From Acidobacteriota bacterium (GTDB lineage Bacteria; Acidobacteriota; Blastocatellia; Pyrinomonadales; Pyrinomonadaceae): a stretch of 64,000 nucleotides of DNA. Of this stretch, positions 16,854 to 26,775 are shown in pieces. The notes under the pieces are model-generated. The model had not been told where the DNA came from. It saw nothing but the letters and a program-made list of their open reading frames with translations, and did no database searches. The translations under genes were made by a program, and so were the position numbers. Numbering within the stretch: the first letter of the stretch is position 1; each line of letters starts with the position of its first letter. The stretch is taken from the NCBI GenBank assembly GCA_020200155.1, contig JAIVJG010000160.1, forward strand, positions 130-64,129, given 5' to 3'.

Positions 16854-17645
16854 ATGACAACAGCCGAGGCACAGACGACAACGACGAGCGCGCCCGCTTT
16901 CCGCCGTATTCTTTTGAAGGCGTCCGGCGAGGCCCTGATGGGCGCGCAGAACTACGGCGTTGATGTTGGAGTGGCGCACGCGATTGCGGAAGAGATCAAG
17001 GCCATACACGCGCTCGGCGTCGAGATCGCGGTCGTCGTCGGCGGCGGCAACATTTTCCGGGGCGTCTCGGAGAGTGCGGGCAACATGGATCGCTCGTCCG
17101 CCGACTACATTGGCATGCTCGCGACGGTGATGAACGCAGTCGTCTTGCAGGACGCGCTCGAAAAGACGGGCGTGCACACGCGCGTGCTTTCCGCCATCAA
17201 CATCCCGCAGGTGGCCGAGCCTTTCATACGCCGCCGCGCCATCCGCCATCTGGAAAAGGGGCGCGTCGTCATTTTTGCTGCGGGCACGGGCAATCCGTAC
17301 TTCACGACCGACTCGGCGGCGGCGCTCCGCGCGCTCGAAATCAGGGCCGACGTGATCCTGAAGGCGACGAAGGTTGACGGGATTTACACAGCCGACCCCG
17401 TCAAAGACTCAGCGGCGACGCGCTACGACTGCATCACATACAGGGAAGTCCTCGAACAGCAGTTGAAGGTGATGGACGCCTCGGCCATCAGCCTGTGCAT
17501 GGACAACGGGCTGCCGATCATCGTTTTCAACATGCGCACGTCCGGCAACATCATGCGCGTCGTGATGGGCCAAGAGGGCGTCGGCACGCGTGTCTGCAAC
17601 GAAAGGCCGGTCAATAGTAAATCGTCAATGGTAAATGGAGAGTAG
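16854..17645 (+). CDS. pyrH: UMP kinase
   Basis: [14 protein letters not shown]...[11 protein letters not shown]...[20 protein letters not shown]. The last 12 or so codons lie inside the downstream palindromic element. Confidence 0.93.
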   Translation: MTTAEAQTTTTSAPAFRRILLKASGEALMGAQNYGVDVGVAHAIAEEIKAIHALGVEIAVVVGGGNIFRGVSESAGNMDRSSADYIGMLATVMNAVVLQDALEKTGVHTRVLSAINIPQVAEPFIRRRAIRHLEKGRVVIFAAGTGNPYFTTDSAAALRALEIRADVILKATKVDGIYTADPVKDSAATRYDCITYREVLEQQLKVMDASAISLCMDNGLPIIVFNMRTSGNIMRVVMGQEGVGTRVCNERPVNSKSSMVNGE

Positions 17646-17689
17646 CTCCATTCGTTTACCATTGGCGATTCACCATTCACCATTTACCC
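17612..17689. repeat. Heptamer-built palindromic element (copy c)
   Basis: The arms are CAATAGT AAATCGT CAATGGT AAATGGAG and CTCCATTCGTTTACCATTGGCGATTCACCATTCACCATTTACC. TGGAG/CTCCA, GGTAAA/TTTACC and CGTCAAT/ATTGGCG pair around the 5-nt loop AGTAG. Confidence 0.75.
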
Positions 17690-17699
17690 GGAGAGCGAT

Positions 17700-18260
17700 A
17701 TGAGTGAGAAAGATGTCGTCAAGGAAGCGCGCCCGCGCATGGATGCGGCGGTGGAAGATTTCAGGCGTAAGCTGGGGACGATTCGCACGGGACGCGCGGC
17801 GGTGAATCTGCTCGACTCGGTGACTGTTGACTACTACGGCACGCCGACGCCGCTCAACCAGATAGCTTCAGTGCACGCGCCGGAGCCGTCGCTCCTGACC
17901 GTGCAGGCATGGGATCAAACGCAGCTTGGCGCGATTGAAAAGGCGATTCGCTCCTCAGACCTCGGATTGAATCCCTCGAATGACGGCAAGCTGGTGCGTG
18001 TGCCCGTCCCACCGCTGACGGAGGAGCGCCGTAAGCAACTCGCCAAGCAGGTACACGAGTACGCCGAAGACCACCGCACCGCCGTCCGCAACATTCGACG
18101 CGACACCAACGACCGCCTCAAGCGGATGCTCAAAGATAAGGAAATCTCCGAGGATGCCGAACGCGACGCGCTCGCGGAAGTGCAGAAGCTCACCGACCAG
18201 CACATCGGCAGGATAGACGAACTGGCGAAGAGCAAGGAGCAGGAGATTCTGACGGTCTAG
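17700..18260 (+). CDS. frr: Ribosome recycling factor
   Basis: 186 aa with a typical RRF sequence ([28 protein letters not shown]...). Confidence 0.95.
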   Translation: MSEKDVVKEARPRMDAAVEDFRRKLGTIRTGRAAVNLLDSVTVDYYGTPTPLNQIASVHAPEPSLLTVQAWDQTQLGAIEKAIRSSDLGLNPSNDGKLVRVPVPPLTEERRKQLAKQVHEYAEDHRTAVRNIRRDTNDRLKRMLKDKEISEDAERDALAEVQKLTDQHIGRIDELAKSKEQEILTV

Positions 18261-18305
18261 CCCTTCACGCGCAAAAATCGCTCCCGACTTCAATCGTTTC
18301 CAACG

Positions 18306-18346
18306 AAAAGAGAGACTGCCCCGCATCGAGGCAGTCTCTCTTTTTG
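18306..18346. terminator. Bidirectional Rho-independent terminator (frr / convergent OMP gene)
   Basis: AAAAGAGAGACTGCC (18306-18320) pairs with GGCAGTCTCTCTTTT (18330-18344). It has an A-tract upstream and a T-tract downstream. Confidence 0.8.
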
Positions 18347-18409
18347 TATCCCGGCAATTCTCTAAACGACGAAGGGAGGCGCTTCCCTTCACCGTCTTCA
18401 AAGTGACTT

Positions 18410-21400
18410 TTAGAAACTGAAGCGGAGCGATGCCTGAATGCGACGATTGCCCGCCGACGCGTTGCCGCCGCCGCCGCCGCCGCCGAACGGGCCGCCAAAG
18501 CCCCCGCCAAACGAGCGGATGGACTGCCCGAAGAGCGGCGAACTGAGATTGCCGACCGGGGCCGCGAGGTTGACGTCGTTGAAGATGTTCTGGACATTGA
18601 TCGAGAAAGTCAGAGTGTAGCGGTGCTGCTCGCCTCCACCACCGCCGCCGAACCCACCGAAGCCACCGCCACCGGGGCCACCACCGGGGCCGCCGGGGCC
18701 GCGACCGCCGCCGCCGCCACCGGGGCCACCCTGTCCGGGTATGACGATAGTCGCGGCGGGGCGACCACCGCCACCGCCGGAATCGCGCGACGCCCCGCCG
18801 CGACCACGATTGCCGCCGCGACCCTCGCCGTCCGTCGAATTAGTGCTCGCCGTCTTAGTCGCACCCGGCAGGCTACCGAATCCCCACTGCCTGCTGACGC
18901 GCAGGTTGACGGTGAAGTTGCTGGGGCCTTCGCCGAAGTTGCGCGGGATGATCCGGTCGCCGGCGGCGGGCCGCAGGTTAAATGTGCCGTAGGGCGAACA
19001 GATGATGTCCTGCGTTTGAATCGTGCGCGTCGCGCATGCCGCGTTCGAGACGAGCGAAGGGCGCTCGGTGAATTGCCCGTCGCCGTTCGTGTCGAGGCCC
19101 GTGATGATGTTGAAGGGCTGGCTCGAACTGGCGATGATGATCGGGTTCAGTTGCAGCTTCAGGTACGGCACGGCGATAGTGCCGACGACGGTGAAGCGAT
19201 GTCGCACGTCGAACGAGGCACGCCCGTAGTCCGCTCTCAGGTTCGTATAGTTGGAAGGAAAACTGTTCGGGCCGTCGGCGTCGCTGTTGATCTTCATCAT
19301 CGTGTAGAAGGCGAAGACCGAGATTGCCTTGTTGAAGCGGCTGTTGATGCCGAGTTGAAGCTGCTGCATGTTCTGCGTGCCGCTCGACTCGTACTGGTAG
19401 AGGTGCGTGCGCGGTGCGGCGGCGTTCGACGGGTCAAAGAGCAGCGCGTTCAGGTCGCGCGAGCGCAGAGAGTGTTTCGTGCGGTACGAGATGTAACCGA
19501 CGTTCAGCGTGATCTTCCTCGGCAACTGGCGCTCCAGCAGGAGGCCGGTCGTGTATGAGTAAGGGGCTTGCAGGTCTGGCGCGACGATGCGTCTGACCTG
19601 CGGCAGAGACGTGCCGGAGAGAGCGCCGAACGAGGGGACGTTCGGGAAAGAGTTCAAAAGGGACAGCGTCTGCGCACGCACGTCGGGCGGCGTCGCAGGG
19701 GTCAGGCTGCGGTCGGTGACGAGGAATTGCAACTGGTTGACGCCGTTGAAGCGATTCTCCTGAAGCGTGAAGTTTTCGTTGAAGCGGTCGTAGAAAATAC
19801 CGAAGCCTGCACGGATGACCGTCCTGGGCGTGCGCCCGCCGCCGCCGTCCGGTGCCCACGAAAGATAGACGCGCGGCGCGAGGTTGAGATGGCTGTTGAT
19901 GTTCGACTGCGTCTCGTAGCGCAGTCCCGCGCCGATGGTCAGATTGGGGCGCACCTTCCAGTCGTCCTGAACGAAGCCCCCGAAATCCGTCTGCGACACG
20001 TCTGCCCCGGAATTGCCGCCCGTGATCGAAAACTGCGACGGCAGCGCGCCGAGCGCGAAGAGTTGCGCGGCGCTCAATCCCTGATTCCGAAGCAGCAGCG
20101 CACGGCGATAACGCTCAAGGCTGCTGATCGAACTAAGAGGCCCAAGCAGAGGGTTGCCGCCCGCGTCGCGCACGAGTTGGCCGCTCGCGTCAAACTGTAT
20201 CTGCGGGGCGAGGCCGCCGTTGAAAGTGTACGTGCCCCCGAAGTTGTTCTGCGAAACATCCGTTATTTTCACGCCGCGCACACGCCCGCCGAACTTGATC
20301 GAGTTGTTGCCCTTCGCGATGGTCGTGATGTTGGTGGCCTCCCAGCGGCTGGCCTCGTTGAAGGAAGTGCCGACCTGCGAGCCGCCACCGAGAAAGGAGT
20401 CCGACACGTTGAGGGCAGGCAGGGTGTTGTCGCCCTGTTGCTCGGAACGCGAATGGATGAATTGGAAGCGCGTTTCGTTGATGGTCGTCGGGTTGAGCAC
20501 AGCCGTCTCGGTCAGTTGCAAAGTGTGCTGCGTGGTCGAAGTGTCGAAGGCGCGGGTGAGAAGCGCGAGGCTGCTGTCGAGTCCGCGATTCTCGGCGCTC
20601 TGCCGGAAGAAGTTGTAGCGCGCGACGAGCGTGTTGCTCTTGTTGAGTTGATAGTCAAAGCGCGGACTCAGGTTGAGACGGCGATTCGGCGTTAGGACTG
20701 CTTGCACGAAGTTCGTCTGCGGTAGCGTCGGCGTTGTCAGGTCGAGCACTCTCGCGTTGATGATATCGTTATCGTCAACGGCGTTGCGCTCGATGTCGAA
20801 GAAGAAGGAAGCCTTCTTGGGAATGATGGTGCCGCTCACGTTGCCGCCGAACTGTCGCAACTGGTACGGCGCGCGCGTGACGGCGAACGGGTTGCGCGAG
20901 TTAAGGCTCTCGTCGGAAAAGGTTGTGGAGACGCTGCCGCGCAGGCGATCCGTGCCGGGCTTGGTGAGAATCTGTATGCCGCCGAAGCCGGGCTGGTCGC
21001 GTTCCGCCGAGAGTGGGTTGTCGTTGATACGGATTTCGCGAATCGAATCTTTGGGCGGAATGCGCCCGCCCTCGAAGCCGTCAATCGTGATCTGCCCACC
21101 GTTTGGGCCTGCGGCGGGGCCTGCCAGCGCGGACAGTGCGGCGGCGAGTTCGTCGGGATCGTCGGGCAGCGCTTCGATGTCTTTGCCGCGCAGCACAATC
21201 GCGCCGGCGCGGTTCTGTTCGTCGAGGCTGATGGGCGATTCGGAGGCGACAGTGACTTCCTCTTTTTCGAGCGAGATGCCGAGCTTGATGTTGAGAGGCT
21301 CGCTGCGGCCAGCGACTGCTTCCACGCCTTCGCTCTCGAAGAGTGCGAACCCTTGCGCGAAGGCGCGCACGATGTATTTGCCGGGCGTCAGACCGCCCAC

Positions 21401-21622
21401 GGCGTAGTTGCCGTCGGAGTCCGTGGTCGCCGTTTTCGCCGCCCCGGCAGCATCCGTGACGGTCACGGTCGCGCCGATAATCGCGCCGCCGAATTCGTCC
21501 GTCACCTGTCCGCGCAGGGTGGCCGTGCCCGGCCTCTGCGCCAGCGCGCTCGTCGTGCATAGCACGAGGAGAAGCGCGAAGCACAAGCTTCGTCTGAGTA
21601 TTCCTTGAAATAAATTCATCAT
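18410..21622 (-). CDS. Giant outer-membrane beta-barrel protein, CarboxypepD_reg + TonB-dependent-receptor-like
   Basis: The MMNLFQGILRRSLCFALLLVLCTTSALA signal peptide is followed by LRGQVTDEFGGAIIGATVTV (carboxypeptidase-regulatory-like fold), a plug-like region and a long barrel. The C-terminus is ...ASLRFSF, and there is a Gly-rich insert near the C-terminus. Confidence 0.85.
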   Translation of the reverse strand: MMNLFQGILRRSLCFALLLVLCTTSALAQRPGTATLRGQVTDEFGGAIIGATVTVTDAAGAAKTATTDSDGNYAVGGLTPGKYIVRAFAQGFALFESEGVEAVAGRSEPLNIKLGISLEKEEVTVASESPISLDEQNRAGAIVLRGKDIEALPDDPDELAAALSALAGPAAGPNGGQITIDGFEGGRIPPKDSIREIRINDNPLSAERDQPGFGGIQILTKPGTDRLRGSVSTTFSDESLNSRNPFAVTRAPYQLRQFGGNVSGTIIPKKASFFFDIERNAVDDNDIINARVLDLTTPTLPQTNFVQAVLTPNRRLNLSPRFDYQLNKSNTLVARYNFFRQSAENRGLDSSLALLTRAFDTSTTQHTLQLTETAVLNPTTINETRFQFIHSRSEQQGDNTLPALNVSDSFLGGGSQVGTSFNEASRWEATNITTIAKGNNSIKFGGRVRGVKITDVSQNNFGGTYTFNGGLAPQIQFDASGQLVRDAGGNPLLGPLSSISSLERYRRALLLRNQGLSAAQLFALGALPSQFSITGGNSGADVSQTDFGGFVQDDWKVRPNLTIGAGLRYETQSNINSHLNLAPRVYLSWAPDGGGGRTPRTVIRAGFGIFYDRFNENFTLQENRFNGVNQLQFLVTDRSLTPATPPDVRAQTLSLLNSFPNVPSFGALSGTSLPQVRRIVAPDLQAPYSYTTGLLLERQLPRKITLNVGYISYRTKHSLRSRDLNALLFDPSNAAAPRTHLYQYESSGTQNMQQLQLGINSRFNKAISVFAFYTMMKINSDADGPNSFPSNYTNLRADYGRASFDVRHRFTVVGTIAVPYLKLQLNPIIIASSSQPFNIITGLDTNGDGQFTERPSLVSNAACATRTIQTQDIICSPYGTFNLRPAAGDRIIPRNFGEGPSNFTVNLRVSRQWGFGSLPGATKTASTNSTDGEGRGGNRGRGGASRDSGGGGGRPAATIVIPGQGGPGGGGGGRGPGGPGGGPGGGGFGGFGGGGGGEQHRYTLTFSINVQNIFNDVNLAAPVGNLSSPLFGQSIRSFGGGFGGPFGGGGGGGNASAGNRRIQASLRFSF

Positions 21623-21744
21623 CAATGCCTTTGTGTCTGGGGCCACTAAATCCGTCGCGCGAGTGTCGCTATAATCCAACGACTCGCTCACGACAGGAGT
21701 GAAGCCTTAAAAAAACAATCAGTAATCAATGCCAGTCCTTGAAC

Positions 21745-23211
21745 TCAAGGCTGGCCGATGCCGAAGCCGAAACCGCCCCCGCCGGCTGCGCCGATGCCGC
21801 CCACGCCGCCACTGCCCGGCCCGCCCATCCGGCGTGTCATCATCGCGACGAACGACTCGATGCCGCTGACGAGTTGGATGGCAGTGACGCGCGCAGGGTC
21901 TGCGCCTACAGTGCTGGAGACGACAATCATGCCGCCCGGTTTCAACTCCGCAAGCGTGGCCGCAGGCAACATCTCAAGCATCTGCTGCACGTCGAAGCCG
22001 CCCGCGCGTGCCATGCCGCCGCTGCCCGGCCCGCCCGCTCCGGGCGCACCGCCCTGCGGCGGCTTCGCGCTCGCGGCGGTCTCCGCGCCGGGCTTGCGAT
22101 AGTTGGCGCGCACGGCGGCGATCACTTCGTCACTCGCGCCCACCCCTCGCAGTTCCTTTTCGTCTTCCGGCTTCAACTGGAAATCCACACCGCGCCGCCC
22201 GATCATCTGTGTCATCCTGTCCGGCTCAAGACGATTCGACTTGAGAAGCTCGACCAACTGTGTCTTGCTGGCAGGCCCCCTGAAGCCTCCGGGCGCGCCG
22301 CCCGGCGTTCCGCCCGCCATGCCGCCTCCGCCCCCTCCGGGGCCAGCGCCGCCACCTCCGCCCATCATCGCCATCGCACCTTCAGGAATGCGCTTGAGCT
22401 GCGAATCCTTGCTGACGACGACCGTGAGCGGGCCGCCCTGCATCTGCGCGATGGTGATTTCATTCTTCGCCGCGTCAACTGCGGTGATGGTGCCGATGGA
22501 GGTGCGGAATGTGCCGGTCACGATTTCTTCGGGCGTGAAGCTCGCGCCGTCGGCGCTCTTTTCGCCTTTGGCGCGCAACTGGTCGCCGGCTTTCACGTCG
22601 GCCAGCGAACTCGGTTTGGCGTCGCCGAACTTCACGGAGTCGGGCGCGTAGCGACGGAACCTGACGTTGTCGCCGGCCTTAACGGCGACGGTCTGCGCCC
22701 CCTGCGGCCCGCGCGTTTGCAGCGTAATATCTTTGGTCTCAAGGTTGACGGCGGTGACGACGCCGACGATGCCGCGACGCTTCCACTCGGCGCGCTCCGC
22801 TTCCTGCTTCTGCGCGAGTTCCGCCTTGCTGTTGACGACGATCCGGCGCGGCCCCGTCAAAACTTTCCTGTCGTCGGACGGCTTGCCCATCGCGAAGACG
22901 CGGTCGCCTGTGCTGACTTCCGCCAGCGTGATCGGCATCGCCTTGTCGAGTTTGGTTTCGCCCGGCGGGTTGCGTAGAATTTTCGTCGCATCGCTAAGCG
23001 TGACGATGACGACCGCGCCCGCGTCCGTCTTGACGAACATCTGCTTCGAGCTTGTATCAACGGCAACGACTTCGCCGATCACCCCGTTGGCCGTGATTCC
23101 TGCATCCGGCGATTGCGCGGGCGCGGCGACAGGGGCAGCCTGCGCCTGCGCGCTCACGGCCCCGCACATGGCGACCAACACCAAAGCAAAAATTGCCCAC
23201 ATTCTTCTCAT
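21745..23211 (-). CDS. Secreted hypothetical protein with repeated beta-rich modules and Gly-rich linkers
   Basis: Signal peptide MRRMWAIFALVLVAMCGAVSAQA; repeated '..G.V.AVD...K.ITL...' modules; poly-Gly/Pro segments and the tail GGGGFGFGIGQP. Confidence 0.7.
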   Translation of the reverse strand: MRRMWAIFALVLVAMCGAVSAQAQAAPVAAPAQSPDAGITANGVIGEVVAVDTSSKQMFVKTDAGAVVIVTLSDATKILRNPPGETKLDKAMPITLAEVSTGDRVFAMGKPSDDRKVLTGPRRIVVNSKAELAQKQEAERAEWKRRGIVGVVTAVNLETKDITLQTRGPQGAQTVAVKAGDNVRFRRYAPDSVKFGDAKPSSLADVKAGDQLRAKGEKSADGASFTPEEIVTGTFRTSIGTITAVDAAKNEITIAQMQGGPLTVVVSKDSQLKRIPEGAMAMMGGGGGAGPGGGGGGMAGGTPGGAPGGFRGPASKTQLVELLKSNRLEPDRMTQMIGRRGVDFQLKPEDEKELRGVGASDEVIAAVRANYRKPGAETAASAKPPQGGAPGAGGPGSGGMARAGGFDVQQMLEMLPAATLAELKPGGMIVVSSTVGADPARVTAIQLVSGIESFVAMMTRRMGGPGSGGVGGIGAAGGGGFGFGIGQP

Positions 23212-23667
23212 CAGTTGAACCTCGCTTCCAGCAGATAAATACTTCGGTTTCCGGTTTTATGACAGAGTGCCGATATGAGATGCCGCACTCCGGCGCATCG
23301 CGTGTCTGTAATTCTACGTTTGAGCAGGAAATAATGTTCCAGCGCCCCTGACAGCGTCACTTTCAAGCCCCACGCGGGAGATTTCAGCCTGTCGCCCGCG
23401 TTTCCGCGAAAGCCCTTGTTAAGTGGTTAACTTGAAGAGAGAGCGGCCTCGCCGTGTCGGAACAAACATTATTCCGCCGGGCCGTCTGAAAAGTTCCAAG
23501 CTTTTACGGGGGCGGAGTTTAGCTCCAATTAGACGCGCCTGTTGACGAGAAAGTTTGCATTTCTACATCCAGTTGATTGGATTATTTTCCGGCGAATCGA
23601 ACGGGCGAGATGGTCAAGCGTGGCGGCTCAGGCGACGAGAGTGAATCGAAGCACGAACAGAGAGAAA

Positions 23668-23731
23668 CCGGCGAGGCGTAAGCAATTCGAGAGCGTGACA
23701 AACACGTCCCGCGCCGCTTACGCCTCGCCGG
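23668..23731 (-). terminator. Long perfect stem-loop immediately downstream of the DsbA-like gene
   Basis: CCGGCGAGGCGTAAGC (23668-23683) pairs perfectly with GCTTACGCCTCGCCGG (23716-23731), 16 bp with a 32-nt loop. T-rich runs follow on both strands. Confidence 0.6.
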
Positions 23732-23745
23732 GTCTTTTAGCTCTT

Positions 23746-25386
23746 CTAATTTTTCGCCGAAGCCTTCGCGCGTGGCGGAGCTTTGAGGGCGGCGTCGAGG
23801 GCGGTCTTCAGCCCTTCATAAGAACGGTCGGAGACGCGCTTGCCGTTGATGTAGAGCGTGGGCGTGCCGTTGACGCCGAGCTTCTGGCCGTCCAGCATAT
23901 CGCGCTGCACCTTGTCGGCGAATTTGCCGCTGTCGAGCGCGGCGTCGAATTTGGCGCGGTCGAGTCCCAGCGTGCTCGCATACTGTTTGAGGTTACTCAC
24001 GTCGAGCGCCGACTGGTTGCGGAACAGGAGCGACACGTACTCCCAGTATTTCCCCTGCTCGCGCGCGGCTTCGGCGGCCTCTGCGGCTTTGGGCGCGTTG
24101 GCGTGCTGGTTGAGCGGGAAGTCGCGCACGACGAACCTGACGCGGTCGCCATACTCGTTCATCAGTCGTTCAAGAATCGGATGCTCCTGCGCGCAGGAGG
24201 GACATTGGAAGTCCGTGAATTCGACGACGGTGACGGTCGCGCCGGGATTGCCCTTTGCCGGCTGGTCGTCGGTGGCGATGTTAAAGACGGGCGACTCCGG
24301 CGCGACGATGAACGTCTGGATGGCCGCGCCCTGCCGCAGCCGCGCGGCGAATTCGCTCTCCGTTTTCTGCCCCGCCTGATCCTTGAGGTACTGCATGATC
24401 TGCTCTTTTACCTGCGCGAAGTCGCCGTTGACTCGCTCCTTGTTCTGGTTGTAGAAGGTCTGCGCTTCAGCCTCTGTGACCGCCGGCACTTTGGCGGTGA
24501 TTTCCGCGTCGAGGATCGCGCGGGTCGTGACGCTCCGCTTCTGCGCTTCGCTCTCAAGCAGGATGTCGTTGATCTTCAACTGAACGTCTCGCGAGCGCAG
24601 TGCGTAAATTTGTTCCTGCACGCTGAAGACGAGCGGGCGGAGGCTGTCTTCGATGTCGCCCGACGTGATGTTCCTGCCGTTGACGACGGCGAAGACGCGA
24701 GCGCGCTCCGAGTCGTTCGCGGGCGGCGTGACGCTCTGCGTCAGGATTTTGACCTGCGCGGCGGCGCGCAGACGGTCGGCCAGACTTTTTGCCTGCGCCG
24801 CCTGCTGCTGGTCTCGCAGGTAGGCGACGATTCGCTCCCTGACATCTTTAAACTCGCCCTGAATCCGCGTCTTGTTCTGATCGTAGAACGCCTGCGCCTC
24901 CGCCTCGGTCGGTTCCTTCGTCTTCGCGATGACCTCCGCTTCGAGCAGCTTGCTGGTGCTCACGCCGCGCTTCTTCGCCTCGGCTTCGAGCAGTATGGAA
25001 TTGATTTGCAGGTCAAGCTCGTGCTTGCGCGCGTCAACCACCTGCTGCTTAAGTTGCGTGATGCGTTGCTGGGTTTCGGCGCTGATGTCCTGTTTGGTGA
25101 TCTTCACACCGTTGACGACCGCGAGCACGTCCGGCAGCGGTTTATCTTCACAGCCGCAGTCTTCATTTTTGCCCGCCGCGACGTTCGACGCGGGCGTGGC
25201 CGCCTGCGAGCCACTCGCGGGCGTTTGAACTGGCGTCGGCGAAGGCTTCGCGGCTGGCGTCGCCGCGCCGGTGCGAGACGGGGCGGGCTTCGCGGTCGTG
25301 CTACCCGCGCGCCCGCGCGTCTGCGCGTCCGCCGGGACGCCGTAGACAAACGCCGCGATGATGAGCGTATAAAAAAACTTCTTCAT
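23746..25386 (-). CDS. Periplasmic SurA-N-like chaperone repeats (x2) fused to DsbA-family thioredoxin domain
   Basis: ATG 25386 (MKKFFYTLIIAAFVYGVPADA signal). It has two about 115-aa internal repeats (..LLEAEAKKRGVS..AEAQAFYDQNK.. and ..LLESEAQKRSVT..AEAQTFYNQNK..) and a C-terminal FTDFQCPSC thioredoxin motif. Confidence 0.8.
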   Translation of the reverse strand: MKKFFYTLIIAAFVYGVPADAQTRGRAGSTTAKPAPSRTGAATPAAKPSPTPVQTPASGSQAATPASNVAAGKNEDCGCEDKPLPDVLAVVNGVKITKQDISAETQQRITQLKQQVVDARKHELDLQINSILLEAEAKKRGVSTSKLLEAEVIAKTKEPTEAEAQAFYDQNKTRIQGEFKDVRERIVAYLRDQQQAAQAKSLADRLRAAAQVKILTQSVTPPANDSERARVFAVVNGRNITSGDIEDSLRPLVFSVQEQIYALRSRDVQLKINDILLESEAQKRSVTTRAILDAEITAKVPAVTEAEAQTFYNQNKERVNGDFAQVKEQIMQYLKDQAGQKTESEFAARLRQGAAIQTFIVAPESPVFNIATDDQPAKGNPGATVTVVEFTDFQCPSCAQEHPILERLMNEYGDRVRFVVRDFPLNQHANAPKAAEAAEAAREQGKYWEYVSLLFRNQSALDVSNLKQYASTLGLDRAKFDAALDSGKFADKVQRDMLDGQKLGVNGTPTLYINGKRVSDRSYEGLKTALDAALKAPPRAKASAKN

Positions 25387-25689
25387 TAAGTCCTCCGATT
25401 CAGCTTTCGATGATTTGAAAATCCAGTATGCACTAATCCACTCGCCGACGGCGACGAATTCTTTCTTCTGAGGGTAAATCGTCGCCAGGTGTGCGCCCGC
25501 AGCGCTGGCGAGGTCTCTATCCGGCAATGCTCAGAGAAGAAAGATGCCCGGCATCGGGTTCGCGTTCGCCGCCTCTTGACTGAAAGACGAACGCGACGCA
25601 CGCCGCGAAGAGTTTGAGTTTTCCGGTCATGTAAAATATTCCCACGCCAGCGAGAGGCGTGCGAATCAACTCCCACGCGGACGGCTCTC

Positions 25690-26625
25690 TCACGCGCGAC
25701 GCCAGTTGAGGCGGTAGCGCGCCGTCAGCGATAGTCCGAGGCTCAGGACGACCATCCCGAAGACAAGGATCGGCCACACGTAAGGCAGTGCGAGCACGAT
25801 TGCCCAGAAGCCCGCGCCCAGCAACAGCGCGACCGTCTCCGAACGCCTCTTCTCCGAGAGCAGCCGTCGCTGCAACCAGCGCCCCGTCGTTGCGTGGATA
25901 ACCGTGCGGCCAAAGAGATAAGACACCAGCAGGAACAGCAGCGCCGTGAAGCCGAACAGTGCTCCGAGCACCGGAGGCAGTAAGTGCAGCGCGGCGAATG
26001 CGCCCGGCCCGATCACCAACGCTCCGAGCAGTCCGATGATTGCCACGCGCAGAGAGGTCAGTTGCAGACGCGAGGCGGCGCGGCTGACAGCGCCCGGCGT
26101 GCCCGCCGTCAGGGCCAGCGACACGACGAACCAGAAGAGCATCGCGAGAAGCCGCAAGCCCACGTAGGCGAGCGAGAACTCCGGCGTCAGGAGCGTGGCG
26201 GGATTGCGCGCGAGTTCACGCAGTTCCTGCTCGTAGCCCGCGAACATGATGGTCTTGCTCGAAGGGTCGCGTCCCGGCGCGGTCTTGTCGTGGTGATAAG
26301 CCCCGCCGACGACGAACACGTCACCGCCGATGTACGAACCCTGACGCTGGAAGATCGAGCCGCCGATGGCCGCCACATCGCCTTCGACGCGGCCCCCGCC
26401 CTCAACTATCACGTCGCCGCCGAACGCCATCACGCCTTCTTTGACGCTCCCGCGCACCACGACCGAGCGCCCCAGCCCAAACACGTCGCTCGCGTAATCG
26501 CCCTCGACGACGAGTTGCTCTCCCTGACCGGCGACAGGCACCGGCACTGTCCCGCTCGCGCCCTCCTGCGCGCAGATCACCGCGACGAAGGCGAGCATGG
26601 CGAGCATGGATGCTGCCGCCCTCAT
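25690..26625 (-). CDS. Membrane protein with bactofilin-like (polymer-forming) beta-helical repeat N-domain
   Basis: Start MRAAASMLAMLAFVAVICA; GDVIVEGGGRVEGDVAAIGGSIFQRQGSYIGGDVFVVGG repeats; 4-5 C-terminal TM helices. It follows the anti-sigma gene directly. Confidence 0.65.
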   Translation of the reverse strand: MRAAASMLAMLAFVAVICAQEGASGTVPVPVAGQGEQLVVEGDYASDVFGLGRSVVVRGSVKEGVMAFGGDVIVEGGGRVEGDVAAIGGSIFQRQGSYIGGDVFVVGGAYHHDKTAPGRDPSSKTIMFAGYEQELRELARNPATLLTPEFSLAYVGLRLLAMLFWFVVSLALTAGTPGAVSRAASRLQLTSLRVAIIGLLGALVIGPGAFAALHLLPPVLGALFGFTALLFLLVSYLFGRTVIHATTGRWLQRRLLSEKRRSETVALLLGAGFWAIVLALPYVWPILVFGMVVLSLGLSLTARYRLNWRRA

Positions 26626-26775
26626 CAGTGACAGGTGGCAGCCGTCCGCGCGCAAAATTTGTTCGCCCTTAATCGCGTTCACACTCTCTAAAGCGACGAG
26701 CGGCCAGCACACGGCTCTCGAAGACAACAGGAAGGGCCGTGTGTTGGCCGACGTTCGACAACCGACTAGGCTCAT

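Noticed and set aside
25517-25640. Small minus-strand ORF (MTGKLKLFAACVAFVFQS..., about 37 aa) in the gap upstream of the DsbA-like gene
   Set aside because: It has no Shine-Dalgarno sequence, it is very short, and I know of no evidence of conservation. It could equally be 5' UTR.
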